From Bacillales bacterium (lineage in GTDB: Bacteria; Bacillota_I; Bacilli_A; RFN20; CAG-826), in the NCBI GenBank assembly GCA_016290145.1, contig JAEESX010000001.1:2900-66899 (forward strand): 64,000 nt of DNA, read 5' to 3'. Positions 37,243-46,627 of the stretch are shown one piece after another. The stretch's first letter is position 1, and the number at the start of each line of letters is the position of its first letter. The translations under genes and the position numbers were made by a program. The notes beneath the pieces are model-generated. The model saw only the letters and a list, made by a program, of their open reading frames with translations. It made no database searches and had not been told where the DNA came from.

Positions 37243-40224
37243 TTATTTAGTCAAACACACGCACATATACCAACCTAATTTAAGGTAGTTAGTGCCAGAA
37301 TGAGTTTTCCAGTTATATGCTGGGTTAGAATTGAACATTTCAACTTGGTATTGATTGATGGCGCTGAATGGGATGTTGTCATCATTACAGCCAGCAATAA
37401 AGAAGAAGTAATCATTGTTCTTCATGCCGATAACCGTGCTGCCATCTCCTCTGTTCCAGAAGTTCATTGGAGAACCACTATCCCATGGGACATGTTCATC
37501 TAATTGTTGTTTGTTATATTTTGGCAAGACTTCACGTGTTGCCACGGAATCTTTAATTGCATCATAGTATTGCTTTGTATTTACAGAACCAATCTTCACT
37601 TTACGGTCCCATCTCATCGCGTTTGTATAATCGCTTAAGCGATAAGAGTTGCTGGAAACGTATTCATCACCGATTTGAGCGGTTCTTTCATAACCATAGG
37701 TTGCTAAATCTTCTGCGCTTACGTGCTTGCTTTGGAATGTTTCTTCGCCACCTCTAATGAATGCAACACCATTAGAGAACATAATGGCACATTCTACAGC
37801 AGCGGTTGAAGCACACGCTAAAGCGGTATAGTCCGCACTACCGGTGGCTTTCATACTATATAGTAAGTGGTCAAATAAAGCGAAGTCATCGTGACAAGAT
37901 GCGTAGTTGATACATTGGTTTGGATCCACTCTTTCTTGTCCACTATGATAGCCAACTAATAAATCAGCAATCTTATAAGACTTTTCACCGACATCGGAAC
38001 TACCTTGATCGATGAAGCCCCATTCTTCGATTTTACCGGTTTCACCAGCAAAGGCATCTCTACCTGCATTGTTGAATGTACCGACAAAACACATATTTCC
38101 GTCCTTTTGGAGCTTGTTATAGACGGTCCATGTATCAGAACCCCAGTTACCATAGTAAGGGTCGCCTTCTTCGTGGTTTTGCATATTTCCGGAAGAACCA
38201 TCAGCAGACCATCCTTCACCATAGAGATAAATATCTGGGTCAATCTTATATAATTCTTGAGCGGCTTTCTTCACTGTTTGCCAGTCAATTAAGCCCATAA
38301 GGTCAAATCTAAAACCTTTAATTTTGTATTCTTTGGCCCAGAAGCATAAGGAATCAACAATGTATTTACTCATCATTGGTGCTTCTGTCTTAACTTCGTT
38401 ACCACAGCCAGAACCATCATAGTAGTCGCTGTTTTCGGTCATACGGAAGTAATAGCCAGGCATAATCTTATTAAAGCAACTGCTTGGTGCGCTTGAAACG
38501 TGGTTATAAACAACGTCCATAATGATTCTTGTATGGTTTGCGTTATTCGCATACGCCATAACCATTTTCTTGAATTCAGTAATACGAGATTCACCTCTAT
38601 ATGGATCTGTCGCATAAGAACCATCCAAACAGTTATAGTTCACTGGATTGTAGCCCCAGTTATATGAACGTTCGTCTAAACCTTCTAAGTTATCACTATC
38701 AAAGATAGGTTCTAATTGAACGGCTTTTACACCTAATTCTTCAATGTGGTCAAAACCAGTTGTGACTGTTGTGTCGTTTGAAGAATATGTGGTGCCAGAT
38801 TCTGCGAATGCTGAATATGTACCTTCTAATTGTTGACCATTCCATGTATCATCCATTGTTAAATCACGGATGTGTGTTTCATAGACTGATAGGTCGTTTG
38901 GATAAGCAATATCATATCCTTCTTCGCCATCCCATTTTAATGGAACATTATTCCAGCCACCTGGGTTGGTGTAGGTGAAGTTAATGACTTCGCCTCTTTC
39001 ACCATTGACACCGATACCTTTTGCGTATGGGTCAACAACCTCGGATGAACCGAGTGAATTGTAAACCATGTATTTGTAATACTTTGCATGTAATGACTTA
39101 TCGATTGTGACTTGCCAAACACCACCTGGTAAGAATGCCATATCATATGCGCGGAAATCATCACTTGCGGATAAGTTTTGCTCTGGATGTTCTTCAGCAT
39201 AGTCCAAAGAAACGCCCTTATCATAGAGCATTAAACGAACATTAGCCGCGGTTGGTGCCCACAATTTGAATGTGGTACTTTCACCACCGGCAACCGCACC
39301 TAAGTCATTACCGTTGTATGTGTAATATTGTCTAAATCTAGGAGTTTCATATAACTTTTGGAAACTTGCATATTTAGATTTTGTATATTCAGGATATTGT
39401 GGGAACACACCCCTAATCATGTATTGAACATTCACTTTTGCGGTGTAGTTCAATGTAATTGTGAATTTCTTACATGGAAGAGAATTGTATGTCACATCTG
39501 TACATGTTGGTGTACTGCCGGAAGCAATTTGATAACGGGGCAATCCTTCTTCGCCAATTAACATTTGATTGGCCATATAGTTACTAGTTAAACCATACAA
39601 CTGATAAGTTGAAGGAACAGTTGTAGCGATAACTTCGATAGTTTTCCAACTTGTGAAGGTGACAGACATAAATCTATCCATCTTCGTTAAGGCTTCGTTT
39701 GGATATTTTTCGATTTGGTTACCTTCACCAGGAATACACCATACTTCGGCTTTGCCAGAAGCATCTGGTTTAAATTCTCCATAGTCGAGATAGACGTTTT
39801 CACTTTGTCCAGTCCAAGTGTTTTGGAACTTAATAATGAAGTAGATACCTTTCTTATTCGCAAAGTTAGCGTGTTCGCCTGTAAATGCGAATGTTAAAAC
39901 CATGTCTTTGCCATCCGCAGAGACACTTGTTGGGGCAAAAGCACTACCATTGACACCAGCACACCAAACCCAGAATTCACGTTGTGCGCATTTCGCGTCA
40001 TCATTGTGATAATGGATTGATACGCTTGTTGCGGATGTTACTTTATCCGCAGGAGCTTTGTAATAGATGTCTGGATTATCATAGGAAACAACCTTTGGTT
40101 GGTCGTATTCTACGTTGTCAGGTTCTAAGTTGTTAGAAGCCGCTTTAAAGATTTGTGGTGTTAATGCACCAAGCGCTAACAAACTAACAACTAATACACC
40201 TTGGCAAAATCTCGTCTTTCTCAT
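37243..40224 (-). CDS. Type I pullulanase, secreted (SPI-type signal peptide, no lipobox)
   Basis: 993 aa with signal peptide ...LGALTPQIFKA/AS. GH13 regions YNWGYNP, GFRFDLMG, YLYGEGW and INYASCHDD. Confidence 0.85.
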   Translation of the reverse strand: MRKTRFCQGVLVVSLLALGALTPQIFKAASNNLEPDNVEYDQPKVVSYDNPDIYYKAPADKVTSATSVSIHYHNDDAKCAQREFWVWCAGVNGSAFAPTSVSADGKDMVLTFAFTGEHANFANKKGIYFIIKFQNTWTGQSENVYLDYGEFKPDASGKAEVWCIPGEGNQIEKYPNEALTKMDRFMSVTFTSWKTIEVIATTVPSTYQLYGLTSNYMANQMLIGEEGLPRYQIASGSTPTCTDVTYNSLPCKKFTITLNYTAKVNVQYMIRGVFPQYPEYTKSKYASFQKLYETPRFRQYYTYNGNDLGAVAGGESTTFKLWAPTAANVRLMLYDKGVSLDYAEEHPEQNLSASDDFRAYDMAFLPGGVWQVTIDKSLHAKYYKYMVYNSLGSSEVVDPYAKGIGVNGERGEVINFTYTNPGGWNNVPLKWDGEEGYDIAYPNDLSVYETHIRDLTMDDTWNGQQLEGTYSAFAESGTTYSSNDTTVTTGFDHIEELGVKAVQLEPIFDSDNLEGLDERSYNWGYNPVNYNCLDGSYATDPYRGESRITEFKKMVMAYANNANHTRIIMDVVYNHVSSAPSSCFNKIMPGYYFRMTENSDYYDGSGCGNEVKTEAPMMSKYIVDSLCFWAKEYKIKGFRFDLMGLIDWQTVKKAAQELYKIDPDIYLYGEGWSADGSSGNMQNHEEGDPYYGNWGSDTWTVYNKLQKDGNMCFVGTFNNAGRDAFAGETGKIEEWGFIDQGSSDVGEKSYKIADLLVGYHSGQERVDPNQCINYASCHDDFALFDHLLYSMKATGSADYTALACASTAAVECAIMFSNGVAFIRGGEETFQSKHVSAEDLATYGYERTAQIGDEYVSSNSYRLSDYTNAMRWDRKVKIGSVNTKQYYDAIKDSVATREVLPKYNKQQLDEHVPWDSGSPMNFWNRGDGSTVIGMKNNDYFFFIAGCNDDNIPFSAINQYQVEMFNSNPAYNWKTHSGTNYLKLGWYMCVCLTK

Positions 40225-40238
40225 AAATAATTCCCCCT

Positions 40239-41651
40239 TTATTTATTGAAGAACTTAACTTTCTTTTTCCAAGAGAAGTCTCTGAATTTAAAACACCAGT
40301 TTGGTTCCCCTACTGTACCTGGCCAGTTAATACGTCCGCGATTATCTAATTTGATTAAATCTTGGAGTTGGAAAATAGTCATCAAAGATGGTAAGTTCCA
40401 AATGTATTCGAAGACTGTCTTATACATATCTTTAGGATTGTTAAATCTCTTATTTAAGAAATCGATGTTTTCCTTTGGAAGAGATTTGAGCCATCCATAT
40501 AAAGTTTCATTATCATGTGTGCCTGGATAGACAATTTGTGTTGGCTTTGATTCCGCTTTTAGATCAAAGATTGTGAACTCACAAATGTACATGCCAGGTA
40601 ATTTATAATGATCTCTTAAATCGTGAACACCTTGGAATAAATCACCTAAGTCTTCAGCGATTAAATTGATGTTTGGATATTGTCTATATAATTCATCAAA
40701 GAAGTCATATCTTGGACCTTCCCACCACACACCACGTCTGGCGTTTGTGTCTTCCGCAGGAATAACGCAATATGTGTCCCACGCACGGAAGTGGTCAAGT
40801 CTAAGTAAGTCACAGGTGTTGGCTAAATAGCCAATACGATGAACTAAGAACTTATAATGATCTTCTTTCATTTTCTTAAAGTCATAGATTGGTGTACCCC
40901 ATAATTGGCCATCATCTGAGAAGGCATCTGGTGGGCAACCACTGACTAAGGTTGGATGATAGTTTTCATCCATTAAGAATTGATCTTTATTGAGCCAGCA
41001 ATCGGTAGAATCGATGCCGACATAGAATGGACAGTCAGCGATGATGATGATACCCATCTTCTTCGCGTATGCCCATAAACGCATCCATTGCTTGTAGGCG
41101 ATAAACTGCATGAACATATGGAACTCGCATTCCATTTCATGTTCCTTTGGAACTTCTTTGTGTTCATCAAAATAATGGACCATTTCTTTTGGCCAATAAT
41201 TCCATTGTTGGCAGTTTCTCTTTCTGCGGAAAACGATGAATGTTGCGTATGGCACTAACCATGGATTATCTTCTTTAAATTTCTTATATCCTCTCATTGG
41301 AGTTTTTAAGAAGTTTTGGAAGGCTTTCCACAAGTATTTTTCTTTAAAGTTTTCAACTTCACCATAATGGATGAAGTTAGTTCTTGGTTGGAACTTAGGA
41401 ACTCTTTTTAAGAGTCCTTGTTTCACTAACATATCTAAGTTGATATAGCGAGGTTCAATAGCTTCACTACATGTAGACATATATGGTGAGTTACCTGGTC
41501 CGACAGGATTAAGTGGCAATACTTGCCAATATTTATAATTGCTCTTTTTGAGCCAACGAATAAAAGCATAAGCGTTTGGACCAAAATCGCCGATGCCATG
41601 ATTTCCCGGTAATGATGCGACCGGAAGCAAAATACCAACATTATTTTTCAT
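40239..41651 (-). CDS. malQ: 4-alpha-glucanotransferase (amylomaltase, GH77)
   Basis: 470 aa cytoplasmic protein. N-terminus NVGILLPVASLPGNHGIGDFG is characteristic of GH77. Confidence 0.9.
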   Translation of the reverse strand: MKNNVGILLPVASLPGNHGIGDFGPNAYAFIRWLKKSNYKYWQVLPLNPVGPGNSPYMSTCSEAIEPRYINLDMLVKQGLLKRVPKFQPRTNFIHYGEVENFKEKYLWKAFQNFLKTPMRGYKKFKEDNPWLVPYATFIVFRRKRNCQQWNYWPKEMVHYFDEHKEVPKEHEMECEFHMFMQFIAYKQWMRLWAYAKKMGIIIIADCPFYVGIDSTDCWLNKDQFLMDENYHPTLVSGCPPDAFSDDGQLWGTPIYDFKKMKEDHYKFLVHRIGYLANTCDLLRLDHFRAWDTYCVIPAEDTNARRGVWWEGPRYDFFDELYRQYPNINLIAEDLGDLFQGVHDLRDHYKLPGMYICEFTIFDLKAESKPTQIVYPGTHDNETLYGWLKSLPKENIDFLNKRFNNPKDMYKTVFEYIWNLPSLMTIFQLQDLIKLDNRGRINWPGTVGEPNWCFKFRDFSWKKKVKFFNK

Positions 41652-41710
41652 ATGATGGACTTCCTTTATAAAAATTGTATCACTATTAAGAATTATTTAA
41701 CAAATAATTA

Positions 41711-42487
41711 TTATCTAATAAGGTCTTTTAATATTTGGCCTAAACCATGCTCACCAATTGTGGGAGCCACTATTGTTGCATTCTCTTTCGCACTATCCAT
41801 ACCATTTCCCACGGCAATAGAGACACCAGTTTCCTTAAACATTGTGACATCATCAAAAGAATCACCTGCGGAAACAGACTCTTCTTTTTTAAGTCCTAAA
41901 TGTTTTAAAACCTTTTTAACAGCATCACCTTTGGTATTTTGGAAATAACCGACATCCACACCAAAATTATCAAATCTGAGATAATTCATCTCTTTAGGGA
42001 ATTCTTTTTTAAGAACTTCGTCATATTTCATAGGTGCGAATAATAATATCGCGGACACATCCTTATTCTCATATTTTTTAATAGGAGGAATAGTCTCCGC
42101 ATACACTGAGAAATAATTATGGACATAGACATTTGGTTTAGCGGTGAAATATCTCTCTTTATTTTGGGATAGTTCAAGAACTAAATGATGCTTATTACAT
42201 ATCTTTTCAATGCTACGAACGATATCTTCTGGAATTGTATTTGCGTACAATAATTCATCACCACAGAAAGTGACACCACCATTGGTGCATACCACACCAT
42301 CAGGGGTAAAGATATTAAATAAGCCAGTATGAACAACTGAGTCATATGGTCTTGCGGTATTTAAATACACTAAAATGCCCTTTTTCTGAGCTTCTTTTAA
42401 AACATCGATAGTCTCATAATCCCAGTCATGGAGATTGTGATCTAAGATGGTCCAGTCAATATCAACAAAAATAATTTTTATATTCAT
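41711..42487 (-). CDS. Cof-type HAD-IIB phosphatase
   Basis: 258 aa with motif I FVDIDWTILD, motif III K and a C-terminal GDSFDD. No signal peptide. Confidence 0.7.
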   Translation of the reverse strand: MNIKIIFVDIDWTILDHNLHDWDYETIDVLKEAQKKGILVYLNTARPYDSVVHTGLFNIFTPDGVVCTNGGVTFCGDELLYANTIPEDIVRSIEKICNKHHLVLELSQNKERYFTAKPNVYVHNYFSVYAETIPPIKKYENKDVSAILLFAPMKYDEVLKKEFPKEMNYLRFDNFGVDVGYFQNTKGDAVKKVLKHLGLKKEESVSAGDSFDDVTMFKETGVSIAVGNGMDSAKENATIVAPTIGEHGLGQILKDLIR

Positions 42488-42539
42488 AACTTAACAAAAA
42501 ATATTCTATCATAAAGAGGTAGAAAAGGAGAATTGAGAC

Positions 42540-44102
42540 ATGAAAAATAAGAAATTATTGCCACTATTCCTTACACCAGTAGCGTTATTGATGCTCACTG
42601 GATGCCCTTGGATGCAGCCAATTAATCCTGATAAACCAGATAATCCAGACACACCTGATGTCCCAGATGTACCTGTGATTGTTGACGATAATCCAGTTAT
42701 TGAAGATAGCGAAGAATATAATACGTTTTGGAATCCAAATACTGAATTATCAATAAATATTGAAATGAGCCAAGCCGCAGCGGAATTTATTGATAGATAT
42801 CAATCTGATCATGATAATTCGACATATTTTGATTACTATGTGCCATGCACTGTCACTATCGAAATGAATAGCCAAACATATACTTTTGAAGAAGTTGGCA
42901 TTAGACAAAAAGGTAATATGTCCCGTACATCTATGCTTTATGAAGGCAACTTCTCAATGTATCGCTTAGCGCATTACAAACTTTCTTTTAAAGAAACATT
43001 TGATGATGAAGAATACACCACGATTAGCCAACTTCAACCATTTGCTAAAACATGGGAAGATAGCGCTGCTCGTAAAGCAAGAAAGAAAAGAACACTCTTT
43101 GATATGGAAAAAATCGATATCAAATGGAATAGAAATGATGATTTAAGTAAATCTAAACAAAGCTTTGCTTTAAAACAATTTAGAGACCATGGAGTTCTTG
43201 CTGGGCACGATACATTAGCCCCAACAACTATTGGTATCACTGGCAAAGACCCAATCTACACCACTTACGAAGTCTTAGAATGTATCGACAGTGTATTTAT
43301 AAAAAGACACTTCAGTGAAGAGTTCGCGGATGGCGACTTATACAAATGTACTTATACAGATAGAGGACCTGCAAACATGTCTAAAAACTTAACGATTGGT
43401 AATCAAATCGGTGTAGAAGATAACAAGACAGGATTCCATCCATCCTATGATTTAAAGACAAATAAAAAGAAAAATACAACGCACACAAACCTCTTTAACT
43501 TATTTAATGTTGTAAATGATAAAACAAGTACAGCAGCAGAATTTAAAACAAAACTCGAAAAAGTATTCGATGTTAAATCATTCTTAATGTATGAATCTAT
43601 CGCCTTCCTTTTAGGAAACTTCGACGATATGAGAAATAATGCGAATAACTACTACATGTACTTCACAAGCGGTGAAAACCCAATCGCATTCGTCATTCCT
43701 TATGACTTTGATCGTTGCTTAGGTGCAGGATGCGAAGGTAAACAAGAATATATGACTAACTTCTCCGCAGAAAGCACTAAGATGCAATGTAATGGTTCAT
43801 GGCAAGTAATGAATATCTATTGGAGAACAATTTGTGCATCAAGCGACGCAAATAGCCAACACAAGAACGTTGAACGCGTAGAAGCATATCGTGCGTTATA
43901 TCAAAAGAATATTGAAGACCTATTAAATAATGGAGATTTCTCCAATAGTTCATTCACATCTTATGTTAATAGCTTCCCACTGGCATATCGCGGAGAAGCC
44001 GATGGATCAGGAACTGATAATGTGAGCTTTAATGAATACTTAACTAGGAAGATTTCTAAGATTAAAGAATGCAATCCAAGTTACGATATCAAAGTATCTT
44101 AA
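42540..44102 (+). CDS. CotH-family (atypical kinase fold) lipoprotein
   Basis: 520 aa with lipobox LTGC, then a PD/NP-rich linker. Segments IRQKGNMSRTS...YKLSFKE, GDLYKC and FDVKSFLMYESIAFLLGNFDDMRNNANNYYMY...FVIPYDFDRCLG match the CotH family (PF08757) consensus as recalled. Confidence 0.5.
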   Translation: MKNKKLLPLFLTPVALLMLTGCPWMQPINPDKPDNPDTPDVPDVPVIVDDNPVIEDSEEYNTFWNPNTELSINIEMSQAAAEFIDRYQSDHDNSTYFDYYVPCTVTIEMNSQTYTFEEVGIRQKGNMSRTSMLYEGNFSMYRLAHYKLSFKETFDDEEYTTISQLQPFAKTWEDSAARKARKKRTLFDMEKIDIKWNRNDDLSKSKQSFALKQFRDHGVLAGHDTLAPTTIGITGKDPIYTTYEVLECIDSVFIKRHFSEEFADGDLYKCTYTDRGPANMSKNLTIGNQIGVEDNKTGFHPSYDLKTNKKKNTTHTNLFNLFNVVNDKTSTAAEFKTKLEKVFDVKSFLMYESIAFLLGNFDDMRNNANNYYMYFTSGENPIAFVIPYDFDRCLGAGCEGKQEYMTNFSAESTKMQCNGSWQVMNIYWRTICASSDANSQHKNVERVEAYRALYQKNIEDLLNNGDFSNSSFTSYVNSFPLAYRGEADGSGTDNVSFNEYLTRKISKIKECNPSYDIKVS

Positions 44103-44111
44103 TAAGCAAAA

Positions 44112-44135
44112 CAAAAGGAGCGGAATTCCGCTCCT
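44112..44135. terminator. Bidirectional terminator (perfect 24-nt palindrome) between convergent genes
   Basis: AAAGGAGCGGAATTCCGCTCCTTT is a perfect inverted repeat with T-runs on both sides. Confidence 0.5.
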
Positions 44136-44150
44136 TTAATTTATTCTAAA

Positions 44151-45545
44151 TTATTGTTCTTTCTTTTTGCGGAGGAGGAAGAATGTTCCTGTTCCGGAAA
44201 CAGTAAGAAGTGCAATTATTGTAACTACGACTAATGCGGAATGATTGTCATGAATAACAACCGGCCTTGAACTGCCTAATACTGTTTGGTTACCTCTAAG
44301 AGCAATGGCTTTTAATTGAACCATGATGTCTGCAAACGAGACATTTGTTTGGTTGCCTGTGTCAGTACCGTTGTATGTGTACGTAGTTGAGTTATCAACA
44401 TATGTTGTTTTAACACTAGAGGTCAAACCATAGTAAGTGTTGTATAAGGATGCTGCATCAGAAGCAGATATGCCACAGATTGAGTATGCGGCAATATTGC
44501 CAGAAGCTGTAACAGCATTTCTCTTTGCTTCAACATTAAGAATTAGATCTAACGCTGCGCCAGCATCATCATTGTGATAATTCACCAACTCAGGATCAGT
44601 AATGAACCAATAAGCGGAATGAGAAACAAGAGACATATCAACTGTTTGTGTTCCACTATTATTGTGAATAATTAAGCCATCATCACCAGAAGCTGATGCA
44701 AATGGAATCTTGTAGATATTTTGTGCTGTACCTTGGAATGACATAACGCCATGAACTTCTTGAACGCCAGCAACATCTGTAATTTTAGTGCCTGGCCAAT
44801 TACCAAACTCTTTATCACCATCAAATGTGTAGATGTAATCGTTGCAGGTGTTTGTTGAGCCTGTCACATAATAGATGTATGTATCATCAACCAATGATGT
44901 GTATTTAGCATATAAATCTAAATTTCCGCTTAATGTACCAGCGGTATAGGCTGTTGTACAAGCTTGGTTAGTATACCAACCGACAAAATGATATCCTGCA
45001 CGTTTAATTGAAGCTGGAACAGCATATGTATCTGTTGAAGGAACGATATCTGTTCCAATGTCTCCTGATTGTAATACACCATCTAAAACGGCATGTTTTG
45101 TAACGGTATAAGATGTGATTGTGTTTTTATGGATGGTAACATCGCTACCATAATTGCTGTAGAAAGTGGATTTAACTTTGAATACTAAGGATTGTGATGA
45201 TGTCATTTTGAAATTTTCACCATCGTGATCAATGCAATCATAGTCAATTTGACTGGCATCAATACCCCAGTTGTATCCAACCCATTGGTCTCCACCACCT
45301 TGAACAAGAACTTTGAATTGTACATTAGTGGAAAGAGAATATGTGAGGTTATAATCGCCAGAACCATCTTTTGTAAAAGCAACGCCGTTTCCCCAACCAT
45401 CAAAACTACCTTTGAGGGTCACAGAAGTAATTGTGGCAGCGGCATTTGCTCTATCCATACTGCCGGAAGCAATGCCTAAAGTAACTGCGGAACCTAAACC
45501 CCCAGCGGATAAAGCGATTGCGACTAAAGTTTTTAAAGCTTTCAT
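44151..45545 (-). CDS. Surface protein: signal peptide, a CBM-like domain, a Flg_new repeat, and a C-terminal TM anchor with basic tail
   Basis: 464 aa. FKVLVQGGGDQWVGYNWG may be carbohydrate-binding. AGYHFVGWYTNQ...LYAKYT fits Flg_new. The C-terminus VVTIIALLTVSGTGTFFLLRKKKEQ has no LPXTG. Confidence 0.45.
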   Translation of the reverse strand: MKALKTLVAIALSAGGLGSAVTLGIASGSMDRANAAATITSVTLKGSFDGWGNGVAFTKDGSGDYNLTYSLSTNVQFKVLVQGGGDQWVGYNWGIDASQIDYDCIDHDGENFKMTSSQSLVFKVKSTFYSNYGSDVTIHKNTITSYTVTKHAVLDGVLQSGDIGTDIVPSTDTYAVPASIKRAGYHFVGWYTNQACTTAYTAGTLSGNLDLYAKYTSLVDDTYIYYVTGSTNTCNDYIYTFDGDKEFGNWPGTKITDVAGVQEVHGVMSFQGTAQNIYKIPFASASGDDGLIIHNNSGTQTVDMSLVSHSAYWFITDPELVNYHNDDAGAALDLILNVEAKRNAVTASGNIAAYSICGISASDAASLYNTYYGLTSSVKTTYVDNSTTYTYNGTDTGNQTNVSFADIMVQLKAIALRGNQTVLGSSRPVVIHDNHSALVVVTIIALLTVSGTGTFFLLRKKKEQ

Positions 45546-45627
45546 AAAATCAACTCCCTAACTATATAGAAAATCGAATGATTAAAACTAACATATCATA
45601 GATATATTTATCTAACAATATAAAAAC

Positions 45628-46359
45628 TTATTCTTTATAAACTTTTATTTTTTTAAAACCAGTTTTAAGTGTGTCTACCACTAAAAGAGAATTGATTAAC
45701 AATTCACCGAGATTTAATAGGCATTTGACTACTTCAGAAGCAGCAATATTGCTGATAATTGAGACCGCTAATGGATAGATAGACTTGTCATCATCTGGGT
45801 TATATTTTGGTAATTCATCAAACAAAGATTTGAAGTCAGAAGATCCAGGAATAACTGTCATAATTTGACCTTTATAATCCATTACTCCCGCTGTCACAAA
45901 TGGTTTCTTTAATTTGACACAAGTATCGTTGATCAAAAACTTAGATTCAAAGTTATCTGTGCAGTCCAAAACGATGTCATATTTTTTGATGATTCTTCTG
46001 GCATTTTTCTCCTCTAAACGGTATGGATAAATTTTGACATCGACATCAGGATTTTTATTCTTTAAGACCTTCTTCGCGGTAATGGCTTTGCCTTTACCGA
46101 CATCTTTAATTCCATAAATAATTTGACGTGGTAAATTAGTCACGGAAATAACGTCATTATCGACGATTCCGATATGACCCACTCCGATGGATCCAAGCGC
46201 TAATAAAGCAGCGCTTCCAAGTCCACCTGCACCCACTACTAAAACAGAAGAATTGAGAAGTTTTAATTGGCCTTCTTCTTTAATCTCTTCTAATCCGATT
46301 GTGTATTGATATCTATCCAATTGTTCTTGTGTGAGTTTTTCCATATTATCCACCACCAC
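45628..46359 (-). CDS. thiF: ThiF/MoeB-family E1-like adenylyltransferase
   Basis: 243 aa with the nucleotide-binding motif VLVVGAGGLGSAALLALGSIGVGHIGIVDND. No rhodanese domain. Confidence 0.8.
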   Translation of the reverse strand: MVVDNMEKLTQEQLDRYQYTIGLEEIKEEGQLKLLNSSVLVVGAGGLGSAALLALGSIGVGHIGIVDNDVISVTNLPRQIIYGIKDVGKGKAITAKKVLKNKNPDVDVKIYPYRLEEKNARRIIKKYDIVLDCTDNFESKFLINDTCVKLKKPFVTAGVMDYKGQIMTVIPGSSDFKSLFDELPKYNPDDDKSIYPLAVSIISNIAASEVVKCLLNLGELLINSLLVVDTLKTGFKKIKVYKE

Positions 46360-46552
46360 GAACGTAGATTAAATCAACTCTATCTCCATCATTGAGATAG
46401 ACTTCATCGAACTGATGTTTCTTATAGAAAACATCGTTAACCGCAACGATTAACCATGGAACTGGTTCAACATCTTTATAGCGAAGTAAATCACCAATAG
46501 TAAATTTATCGGGATACTCGCTAGATGTCACTAAATCGACAATAAGTTTCAT
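46346..46552 (-). CDS. thiS: ThiS/MoaD-like ubiquitin-fold sulfur carrier (C-terminal GG)
   Basis: 68 aa ending DGDRVDLIYVRGGG, matching the ThiS consensus DGDRVEI...GGG. Overlaps thiF by 14 nt. Confidence 0.7.
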   Translation of the reverse strand: MKLIVDLVTSSEYPDKFTIGDLLRYKDVEPVPWLIVAVNDVFYKKHQFDEVYLNDGDRVDLIYVRGGG

Positions 46553-46574
46553 AGGTTTATTTTATTGTATTTTT

Positions 46575-46610
46575 CTATAAAAGAAAAGGAGTCCACGAAT
46601 GAACTCCTTT
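46575..46610 (-). terminator. Putative terminator downstream of the 788-aa surface protein gene
   Basis: Stem AAGGAGT(46586-46592)/AACTCCTT(46602-46609) with a T-rich run on the minus strand. Confidence 0.4.
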
Positions 46611-46627
46611 ATTTAGTATTAGTAAGA

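Noticed and set aside
31296-40000. Numerous 60-100-aa ORFs on either strand inside the pullulanase, amylase and surface-protein genes. Examples are 31296..31547, 32353..32559, 34039..34320, 38005..38253 and 38937..39224.
   Set aside because: All are embedded in long ORFs with clear GH13 motif sets and lack independent support.
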